From: an uncultured Gemmatimonadales bacterium
GTDB lineage: Bacteria; Gemmatimonadota; Gemmatimonadetes; Longimicrobiales; RSA9
Assembly: GCA_963708135.1 (NCBI GenBank)
Contig: OY970192.1
Location: 160,001 to 224,000, forward strand
Reading direction: 5' to 3'
DNA length: 64,000 nt
Shown: in pieces, positions 11,485 through 19,054 of the stretch
How the letters are laid out: the number at the start of each line of letters is the position of its first letter
Position numbering within the stretch: the first letter of the stretch is position 1
Program-made: the position numbers and the translations under genes
Notes under the pieces: model-generated
The model's database searches: none
What the model saw: only the letters and a program-made list of their open reading frames with translations
Told to the model about the DNA's origin: nothing

Positions 11485-13137
11485 ATGCCAAGGCGCGGAG
11501 GGATACGGATCTGGCGGTATCGCAGTGGTGTCTGGCAGTACCGCACCACCTCCTCGAGCCGCGAGAACCAGGACCTCGCGGCGACGGCGGTCGCGACCAC
11601 GGCGCCCCCGCGCGAGGACGACTGGCTGGTGCAGGCCCTGCCCACGGGGTCGAACGGCAAGGTCCAGTCGATCGGCGCCGACCACATCATTGCCACCTTC
11701 CCGGACGCGCGGATGCCCAAGGACGGCAATGTCTGGCACTGGGACGGGGACGAGCTGCGGCGCATCTACCACCGGAGCACGAAGGTGGACAGGGAATCTC
11801 GCGTCGAGGAGGTCAGCGCGGCGCTCGCCGGCTACGATGCGGACGACGAGCTGGTCATCTTCTTTCGCGGGGTGAACCAGCACTGCTTCGTGCTACACTG
11901 CAAGACGAACGCGTGGGAGGAGGCGGAGCTCGAGGAGACGATGGGGACGCTCGAGCTCACGGCGGCCGGCGGCGAGAACGAGGACGCGCTGCTCGACTCC
12001 GACGACCAGGCGCTGATCGTCGTCGCCCAGCGTCTGGCCCGCCGCGAGCGGGAGATCCGGCGCGCCATCCAGGCCGCGGACGATGGCGACGAGGACACCG
12101 CGCTCCGGATCGTCGGCCAGGCCGTCCACGAAGTGCTGATGGGCGCCGAGCCCGCGCCGGTGCAGGGCCACAACGTCCTGACCTCGCTGCCATCCGTGAT
12201 CGACAACGTCGAGAAGCTCGACTCGCTGGTAAAGGGCCACGAGACCCTGAAGCAGGTCAGCGACTCGAAGCGATCGGGGGGCACAGGTGACTTCGGCACG
12301 GGCGTCGGCCTCGTGGACGGCACATGGCAGGCGGTAGGCTCGATCGTGGCCTTCTTCACGAGCGTCGTCGAGGGCGCCAAGATGAACCAGCTGTCCCACG
12401 GGGATCGCCAGGCAAAGCACGGCCACAACGCCCGCGGCCGCCAGGCGCTCACGGTCGGGACCCACGGCATGAAGTCCGCCTCCACCACGGCCGCCGCCGT
12501 CGAGGCCATCGGCAAGGTCGCCTCCTTCTCCACCTCGGTCCCCAGCCCGCTCACGCCCGTGATCGGCACGCTGACGGGGCTCATCGCCACCACGCGCAGC
12601 AGCATCCAGGCGGACAAGTCGCGCCGCCGTGTGGCCAAGCTCAAGCGGGCGCTCGAGCAGCACAGCGGCTCCATCGATTACGACGTCCAGCGGCTGCTCG
12701 CCTATGCCATGCGCAAGTCGAAGCGGAAGTTCGGGACCAGGACCGCCGAGGCCACCACCGCCGCGTTCGGCACCGCGGGATCCACCATCCTCATCGTCGG
12801 TGCCGTCCTCGCCGGCGCCAACGCGTGGAACCCCGTCGGCTGGGGCATCGGCATCGCCGTCTTCATTGCCGGTGCGGGGCTGCTGACGTACAAGATCGTG
12901 CGCAAGGGGACGAGCAACCGCCGCGCCGAGCGGCGCGGGTTCAGCCGGACCGAGTTCCCCGCCAAGCTGCTCGATGAGTTCCACCGGCAGTTCGGCCGCA
13001 GCCCGAAATCATCCAACACCCTCGTCCTCTACAGCGTGCTCCAGGCCTACGGTGTCCACCCCATCGACATCCTCGCCAGCCCGACCACGGAGGTATCGCG
13101 CGCCCGGGACCGCATCGCCCGGCACCTGAAGTCGTGA
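11485..13137 (+). CDS. Hypothetical protein (550 aa), helical with C-terminal hydrophobic hairpin; candidate membrane-active toxin/effector
   Basis: AGGAG upstream of ATG 11485; GC3-biased codons; no signal peptide; 'TILIVGAVLAGANAWNPVGWGIGIAVFIAGAGLLTYKIVRK' flanked by basic runs. Confidence 0.75.
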   Translation: MPRRGGIRIWRYRSGVWQYRTTSSSRENQDLAATAVATTAPPREDDWLVQALPTGSNGKVQSIGADHIIATFPDARMPKDGNVWHWDGDELRRIYHRSTKVDRESRVEEVSAALAGYDADDELVIFFRGVNQHCFVLHCKTNAWEEAELEETMGTLELTAAGGENEDALLDSDDQALIVVAQRLARREREIRRAIQAADDGDEDTALRIVGQAVHEVLMGAEPAPVQGHNVLTSLPSVIDNVEKLDSLVKGHETLKQVSDSKRSGGTGDFGTGVGLVDGTWQAVGSIVAFFTSVVEGAKMNQLSHGDRQAKHGHNARGRQALTVGTHGMKSASTTAAAVEAIGKVASFSTSVPSPLTPVIGTLTGLIATTRSSIQADKSRRRVAKLKRALEQHSGSIDYDVQRLLAYAMRKSKRKFGTRTAEATTAAFGTAGSTILIVGAVLAGANAWNPVGWGIGIAVFIAGAGLLTYKIVRKGTSNRRAERRGFSRTEFPAKLLDEFHRQFGRSPKSSNTLVLYSVLQAYGVHPIDILASPTTEVSRARDRIARHLKS

Positions 13138-13265
13138 CGGGGCGGCAGGCGGAATCACCGGCAACGATAGGCTGCCCCGTCGCGCGAACCCGCAGGAACG
13201 GGAGGGCTCAGGCGAACTCCAGCAGCTTTGCGTCCCTACCCGCGCGAGGCTGAACGTTCAAGATC

Positions 13266-13622
13266 TCATGCGCGTTCGAAAAGCGGGCCGCAGCGACCCA
13301 CGTTCAGGATCGTGCCTGGCAGGCAGGTGCACAGGGCCGCCTGGGTGAAGTGCGCCGGCAGCGCACGCGTCCGGAGATACTCGCCGTACGTCTGGATGAA
13401 GTCGCCGATGGCGAGCCAACGGCCTCGCAAGCCTGCCCCCGAAGCGAGGAGCGGGTTCACCGTCGCGGTGTCCGTGGCGCCGACGTGCACGCGCATCCCT
13501 GCCAGCTCGCCATCGAGCTGCACGGTGATGTAGCCGCCGAGCCACGCGTTCGCGGCGCGCGTGGGCCGGCGCGCGACCTGCCGACCCGGGATCTTCGTCA
13601 GGGTTCCTGGAACGATGACCAT
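13266..13622 (-). CDS. Hypothetical protein with polymorphic-toxin (TNT-like) motif order, apparently C-terminally truncated
   Basis: GGAGG RBS before ATG; 'GGY...MRVHVG...GRWL...RALP...PGTILNVG..GPLF' then stop. Confidence 0.5.
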   Translation of the reverse strand: MVIVPGTLTKIPGRQVARRPTRAANAWLGGYITVQLDGELAGMRVHVGATDTATVNPLLASGAGLRGRWLAIGDFIQTYGEYLRTRALPAHFTQAALCTCLPGTILNVGRCGPLFERA

Positions 13623-13698
13623 TTGCAGACCTCCGGCTTGGAGCGGGCGGGGCTATCGCTGCAGCGCGACATCTTCGGGCGAGGCCGGAGAACACGCT

Positions 13699-14211
13699 TC
13701 AGCGTTTGGCGTTGGGCTCCTTCAGCCGCTCCAGTGCAGTATGCAGGATGCGCTCGCCCCACGCCTTCTTCGACGAGTCGGGCACCATGCTCACGGCAAT
13801 GGTGCCCGTGTCCCGCTTCACGGCCATCTGGTGGAGCCGCGGGCTCCACGACGCCGAGTCGGCGAAGCCCGCGAGCGGCGCGGCGCCCGGCGCCGTCGCG
13901 TAGTCCCTGAGGCGGCCCTCGCGGTTCACCACCAGGATGATGCCGTCGCTCTTCCCCGGCGTGACCGACCACTCGCAGCGCGAGTAGCCCTGCAGGTCCG
14001 GGTTCACGGGACCCGGCACGAGCGTCATCCCCGTGATCTTCTCGACCTCCTGGAGCGACAGCAGCCCGCACGTCGCCGCCGGCTTCGGCGCGCTGGCGCG
14101 GGCGGCCGCCGCGCTGTCCTTCGCCGCCGCGCCCTTCGCCGCGTCGCCGCCGCACCCGCCGAGGAGCGCCGCGAGGGGCAGCGCCGCGGCCAGCATGCGG
14201 AAGCCCTTCAT
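13699..14211 (-). CDS. Putative lipoprotein
   Basis: Signal peptide with lipobox LGGC; 'CGLLSLQEVEKITG...C' pattern. Confidence 0.75.
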   Translation of the reverse strand: MKGFRMLAAALPLAALLGGCGGDAAKGAAAKDSAAAARASAPKPAATCGLLSLQEVEKITGMTLVPGPVNPDLQGYSRCEWSVTPGKSDGIILVVNREGRLRDYATAPGAAPLAGFADSASWSPRLHQMAVKRDTGTIAVSMVPDSSKKAWGERILHTALERLKEPNAKR

Positions 14212-14244
14212 CTCATGTCCCCTCGTCCCGAGTCTCGCGTGTCT

Positions 14245-14757
14245 TCACAGGCGCATGCGGACGGCGATCCGCGGCCGCCGTCCCGGCACCGCCTGGAGCC
14301 GCAGCCTGCCGGGAGGCGCCGCGCGCAGCGGCGCGGAGTGGATCGCGCCCCCGATGAGGGCGCCCACGCCGGCGCCGACCGCACCGCCGAGCACGACCAG
14401 CCCGAGGCACTCCCGCGGCGCCAGCGCATCCTGGTTGCGGCTGCGGTCGCAAAGGCTGGTCGAGCCTCCAGCGTGGATGACGATCCAGGTCGCGCCCGCG
14501 CCCACCACGAACCCCGCGGCCGCGCCGAGGAGCCGGTGCGAGCGCGCGCGAGCTGGAACGGGTGCGTCGCCTGCCGCGGCCGCGGCAGGCGACGGCGTCC
14601 AGCGCGCGGCGGGGGCGACCTGCGCCATGCTCGCCCCCGGAACCGCCGGAAGCCACAGGCATGCGACAAGCGCGCCCAGCCGGCCACGCGGCGCGCGGAT
14701 CGACCGACGAATCGCCCTGACCCCAGGTCTTCCGGCTGGAAGTTCGGTCGGCGTCAC
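14245..14757 (-). CDS. Hypothetical membrane protein with glycine-zipper helices
   Basis: 'GAAAGFVVGAG' and 'GGAVGAGVGALIGG' separated by a two-Cys loop; start uncertain. Confidence 0.6.
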   Translation of the reverse strand: MTPTELPAGRPGVRAIRRSIRAPRGRLGALVACLWLPAVPGASMAQVAPAARWTPSPAAAAAGDAPVPARARSHRLLGAAAGFVVGAGATWIVIHAGGSTSLCDRSRNQDALAPRECLGLVVLGGAVGAGVGALIGGAIHSAPLRAAPPGRLRLQAVPGRRPRIAVRMRL

Positions 14758-14772
14758 CGGCCGGCCGTGTGC

Positions 14773-15024
14773 TTACGACCCTTCCTGGACCTCGTAGATC
14801 TCGTCCGCCACGAGCCCGTGCGCGTCGTGGTGGACGGTGTTCGCGGCCTCCTTGTTCGGCGCCTCGACGAGACAGAAGATCTTGCCCGCCTTCTCGTCAA
14901 CCCAGTAGCGCAGGTACTTCACACCGTGCTTGCCCTGCTCCTCCAGGTCCTTCATGTGCGCGTCGGCGACGTCCTTTGCCGACACCCCGCCCTCCATGTT
15001 GTGCACGTCGAGAAATAGCGGCAT
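14773..15024 (-). CDS. DUF4242 / SCO4226-family (nickel-binding-like) protein
   Basis: GGAGGAG RBS; 'MPLFLDVH...AHMKDL...YWVDEKAGKIFCLVEAP...HHDAHGLVADEIYEV'. Confidence 0.85.
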   Translation of the reverse strand: MPLFLDVHNMEGGVSAKDVADAHMKDLEEQGKHGVKYLRYWVDEKAGKIFCLVEAPNKEAANTVHHDAHGLVADEIYEVQEGS

Positions 15025-15226
15025 TGGTCTCCTCCTCCGGTGGTGCCAGGCGCGACCCGTCTCGTGTGGGCTCGGCCTCGCGGGAAGTTTGCGAACGATC
15101 CTATCCTGATCCTTTCCCGGACCCGGGGCAACCGCGACGAGCGCGTCCAGCAACCCGCCTTCGTCCCGCGCCAGGCGACGCGTGTTGCGGCTCACCCATC
15201 CCGGGCGCCAGACCGGTTCCACCCGG

Positions 15227-15625
15227 CTAATCGAGCTCGTAGCTCAGCGTGAGGGGATGCTCGCTGCCGTGCCCGACCGCCGTCGTGCCTTCGCCGCGCA
15301 GGCCCTGAAGCTCGCCCGTGCCGGAGCCGGGGATCACGAAATAGGACTCCTTCGCCACGCCGCCCTCGAACGTGCCGGTGCGCTGGAGCACGAAGCTGCC
15401 CGCTTTGCCGGCGAGGTGCCCGACGAAGCGCTCGAGCCCGACGAGGCTGGCCGAGCCGTCGCTGCGATACATCATCAGGTACTCGACGTGCCCCTCGCCT
15501 GAGATGTCGCCCGTGAAGGTCCTCGTGACGGCGGCCCGCGTCAGCTTCGGGAGGCCCGGGCCCTCACCATACGGCTCCTCGTCCCAGCCCGTGATGGCGA
15601 ACCGGCACGTCGCGACGTTCTTCAT
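15227..15625 (-). CDS. DUF3224 domain protein
   Basis: 'WDEEPY', 'GLERFVGHLAGKAGSFVLQ', 'PGSGTGELQGLRGEG'. Confidence 0.88.
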   Translation of the reverse strand: MKNVATCRFAITGWDEEPYGEGPGLPKLTRAAVTRTFTGDISGEGHVEYLMMYRSDGSASLVGLERFVGHLAGKAGSFVLQRTGTFEGGVAKESYFVIPGSGTGELQGLRGEGTTAVGHGSEHPLTLSYELD

Positions 15626-15692
15626 GTCTCAACCTCCCCTCGTTCGGCCCGCACCATCCGGGTCGGGCTCGCCTGCGCGCGCGCCGTGGACG

Positions 15693-15986
15693 CTACGGGA
15701 TCAGCGACACGATCTTCGCGAACGCATCCGGGTCCCACGCCCGCATGGTGACGCTGTGCACGTTCCCCTGCGCCGCCGTCCCCAGCGCGAACGCGGTCGC
15801 GTTGCTCTCGTCGTCGGCCTCCGAGACGACCACGAGATCGTACGGACCCTGCGTGTAGTACGCCGCCACGACCTTCACGCCGGCACCCTTCCCGGCGTCC
15901 ATGGCGGCTTTCAGCCGCGCCGGCGACTGCTTGACCGTCCGGATTCCCTGCTCGGTGAAGTTGTAGAGCGTGACGTACGTGGCCAT
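15693..15986 (-). CDS. GYD domain protein
   Basis: AGGAGG RBS; 'YVTLYNFTEQG...YYTQGPYDLVVV...GNVHSVTMRA'. Confidence 0.88.
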   Translation of the reverse strand: MATYVTLYNFTEQGIRTVKQSPARLKAAMDAGKGAGVKVVAAYYTQGPYDLVVVSEADDESNATAFALGTAAQGNVHSVTMRAWDPDAFAKIVSLIP

Positions 15987-16151
15987 GGCCGGCCTCCTTG
16001 GTGGGCGTGGGTGGGAACGGCTCCAGAATGCCGCCCGGCCCACGTCCCCCGCAAGCCGCGTCGGCAGACGCCGGGTGTACCCTGCGGCTAACGCCCTCGT
16101 CCAGATCGTTGCTGATGCAAGCCGATCCGCCTGCACGGCGAGTGCGCACCC

Positions 16152-16622
16152 CTATCCTGGCTGTGTGCTCATCGGGGCGTCCAGCTGCCGAAGCTCTTGG
16201 GCAAGCCCGATGAGAATTCCCTCGGGGCCCCGAATGTAGCAGAGCCGATACACCTCTTCGTATTGGACCGCTTCGCCGACCAGCTCCGCGCCGCGCCTGC
16301 CGAGCCGGGCGAGCGTATCGTCGAGGTCCTCCACGGTGAACATGACACGTAGATAACCGAGAGCGTTCACCGGGGCGCGGCGGTGGTCGGCAACCGCGGG
16401 TGGCGCGAGGAATCGGGACATTTCGAGCCGGCCGTGACCGTCCGGCGTTCGCATCATGGCAATCTCGACGCGCATGTCGCGCAATCCAGTGACGCCATCT
16501 GCCCAGTCTCCTTCGATCGGGGCGCGTCCCTCGAGCTCCAGGCCGAGCTCGGCGAAGAACTCGATAGCGGCATCGAGGTCTTCTACCACTATGCCGACGT
16601 TGTCCATACGCCTGACCGTCAT
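16152..16622 (-). CDS. VOC (glyoxalase/bleomycin resistance) family protein
   Basis: 'MDNVGIVVEDLDAAIEFF', 'RTPDGHGRLE', 'LCYIRGPEGILIGLA'. Confidence 0.9.
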   Translation of the reverse strand: MTVRRMDNVGIVVEDLDAAIEFFAELGLELEGRAPIEGDWADGVTGLRDMRVEIAMMRTPDGHGRLEMSRFLAPPAVADHRRAPVNALGYLRVMFTVEDLDDTLARLGRRGAELVGEAVQYEEVYRLCYIRGPEGILIGLAQELRQLDAPMSTQPG

Positions 16623-16669
16623 GATTTCTCCTCGGCCTCTAAAACGCCATTATGGCTGCGCCGTACTTC

Positions 16670-17332
16670 TCAGGAGCGCAGCTTGACTGCGTCGCGAGGC
16701 CGTGACCATTCGCGCCAACCGACACCCCCGAGCGGGACCAGGAGAAGCACGGGTCCCAGGTTTGAAAGGATATTCACCGCCAGACTGGCGGCAGGTCCGC
16801 GTGGTGCGATGATCAAATCGCCCACGACCATCCAGACGCCGGAGGCGGCCACCATGTACCCGACCCAGCGGGACTCGATACGGCGGAGCAATGGAATGGC
16901 CACCATGAACGTGCCCCCGCACCACGCGGCAAGTGCGGCGACGAAAGCGACGACAAACGCGACTGGAGGGGGCGCAGACGGAGCGATGAGCCAGGGCGCC
17001 TTTTCCGCCAGCCAGGGCATGACGAGGAGGGCGTAGAAGCTCAGGAATACGCCGAAAAAGATCCACGCGACGGAGATCAGGACCACGCCGATCAGGCCAG
17101 TGGCCCCGCTCGCTTTCGAAATGGAGGCATAGAGTGCGGGCAAGCCCATGAGCACCAGCACGGCACCGAGGAGGCCAACCGCGTTGAGCATCAGCCAGGC
17201 GCCTTCCCTGGCAAGTGTGGCAGTATCCGCGCCCGCCGTGATCACGGACCTGAGCAGGATGTGAATCACGAATAGGGCGGCGCCGATTACGAGACCAAGC
17301 CCGCTGACGTGCACCGCATGAGAATTGGTCAT
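16670..17332 (-). CDS. Hypothetical multi-pass membrane protein
   Basis: About 6 hydrophobic segments; visibly less GC-rich than flanks. Confidence 0.7.
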   Translation of the reverse strand: MTNSHAVHVSGLGLVIGAALFVIHILLRSVITAGADTATLAREGAWLMLNAVGLLGAVLVLMGLPALYASISKASGATGLIGVVLISVAWIFFGVFLSFYALLVMPWLAEKAPWLIAPSAPPPVAFVVAFVAALAAWCGGTFMVAIPLLRRIESRWVGYMVAASGVWMVVGDLIIAPRGPAASLAVNILSNLGPVLLLVPLGGVGWREWSRPRDAVKLRS

Positions 17333-17692
17333 GTGCCTGCCTCGATCCGTCCGAGCTCGCCGAGTTCCACGATCGTCGCGCCGGGCGGGGTAAAGGGCCG
17401 GTTCGTTGCCACCGGGACGCGGCCCTCAATCGGCGCGTTCTGGATACCCGTCATCACCCATTCGTCATGAGCGATGTGCCCGGCGGCGAGGCGAGCCGCC
17501 GTAGGCGGCGACCCTCGCCGCAGAGGGCATGTCCCACCTGCCCAAGATGCACCCGGTCAGATCCTCACACCACTCCGGCGGGCGAGGCGCCGAAGGCGCC
17601 GCAGCGATCATGGTCCAGTTGGCCGCCGTGCACTCGCGGGTGGCCCCGCCCGGCGCTCCGCGAGCCATTCTTGCATCGTCGTATGCTTTGCG

Positions 17693-18280
17693 TCACGGCG
17701 CGACTTGCAGCCGGCCGACGTGCCTGTACGTGTTGATCAGCACGCCGGTCGGCGTGGTCTTCGTGCTGGCGAGCGTGAGTTCGCGCGCATCGACGCGGTC
17801 CGAAAAGAAGCGTTTGCCCCGGCCCAGCAATACTGGATAGACCATCAGCACCACCTCTTCGACCAGCCCCTGGTCGAGCAGGAGCGACGTCAGGGTCGAG
17901 CTACCGAAGACGATCAGGTCGGCGCCTTCCGTTGACTTGACTCGGCGAACGCCCTCCACGACATCCGTGCCGAGCGTCTCGACCGGGCCCCATTCGAGGC
18001 CATCCGGTCTGTGGGTAGCCACGTACTTGGTGGCGGCGTTCATCGCGTCCGCGAACGGTCCGCCTTTGATCTTCGGCCAGAAGCCGGACCAGAGATCGTA
18101 GGTACGCCGGCCGAGCAGAAAATCGAAACGGTCGCCCTGTGCCTCGGCCACGGCCTGGGCCCCGGTCGGACTGCGATAAGCCGCCTTCCAGTCCCCGTAC
18201 GGGAAGCCGCCGTCGTCGTCGCCGCCGTTCTGGATCACGCCGTCCAGCGAAACGTGTTCAAAGATCCTGATCTTGCGCAT
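17693..18280 (-). CDS. Dihydrofolate reductase family (RibD C-terminal-like) protein
   Basis: 'HVSLDGVIQ', 'LLGRRTYD', 'FGSSTL', 'PVLLGRGKRFF'. Confidence 0.9.
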   Translation of the reverse strand: MRKIRIFEHVSLDGVIQNGGDDDGGFPYGDWKAAYRSPTGAQAVAEAQGDRFDFLLGRRTYDLWSGFWPKIKGGPFADAMNAATKYVATHRPDGLEWGPVETLGTDVVEGVRRVKSTEGADLIVFGSSTLTSLLLDQGLVEEVVLMVYPVLLGRGKRFFSDRVDARELTLASTKTTPTGVLINTYRHVGRLQVAP

Positions 18281-18483
18281 TTGAGAGCCTCCGTCCGTGA
18301 GTCGAGGAACCTACAACCAGACGACGAACGGAGGCGAAGGGAATCGACACGCCAATGCGGGCGCCCGGAGGTTGAGATCGCTCTACGAAACCGCGACGCA
18401 GAACACGTCCGCGACGTGGACGGTGGGCAGGTGATGCCTGACAGGAACTGAGGTGACCCCGGGATCCTGGCCGGGATGCGGCG

Positions 18484-18596
18484 TCGAGTTCGCGGCCGAG
18501 GACGTGGCGGAAGTAGAAGCGGAGCGCGCTCGTCGCCTGGCTCTGGTACGTGGCGGAGGCGCCGCTGGAGGCGAGGTGCGCCGGCGAGGCGGACAC
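18484..18596 (-). pseudogene. Fragment of tyrosine recombinase (integron-integrase-like) N-terminal SAM-like domain
   Basis: 'HLASSGASATYQSQATSALRFYFRHVLGRELD' resembles 'HLA...SASTQNQALSALLFLYRHVL'; no catalytic domain follows. Confidence 0.6.
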
Positions 18597-18638
18597 GCCG
18601 TCGGCTCCTTCGAGGGCCTCGGACCGGCTGCCCGCCGG

Positions 18639-18927
18639 CTAAAGCTCGGCCATTACCTCCAGCATCGCCGGCGAGAGGTCCGTGTGGTGGTGGACGATCT
18701 TCCAGGCGTCGCCTTCACGGCGGTAGACGTTGGTGACGCGGTGGTCGACGGACACGTCCTTGCCGGCGAGCTGGAAGTGTCTCGCGGCCGCCGATGGGGT
18801 GCATGGTCGTCACGCCCGCACCGTGGGACCAGACTTCGCCCATGGGGCCGGGATCCCCGTTGGCCATGCGGTTGAGCGCGGCGTAGAAGCGTTGCGAAGC
18901 CTGGCGTACCTGATCTTCCGTGGACAT
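18639..18927 (-). pseudogene. SnoaL/NTF2-like gene with internal deletion and frameshift
   Basis: N-terminus 'FYAALN...WSHGAGVTTMHPIGGRE' joins out of frame at about 18780 to C-terminus 'RVTNVYREGDAWKIVHHHTDLSP...EL*'. Confidence 0.75.
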
Positions 18928-19054
18928 GGCTGGTCCCTCCCCGCTGAGTAAGTGAGGCAGGAGCGTTGGTTGCGCTTACGCGGGCCGGTACCATTGCGCG
19001 AGGCTCGATGGATCTCTCTCCAGCGACTTCGCCCTGGCCGCGCCCACGCCCGCC

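Noticed and set aside
17340..17690. Possible gene remnant ('PEWCEDLTGCILGRWDMP') between membrane protein and DHFR-like genes
   Set aside because: Too short to assign; no RBS or recognisable family
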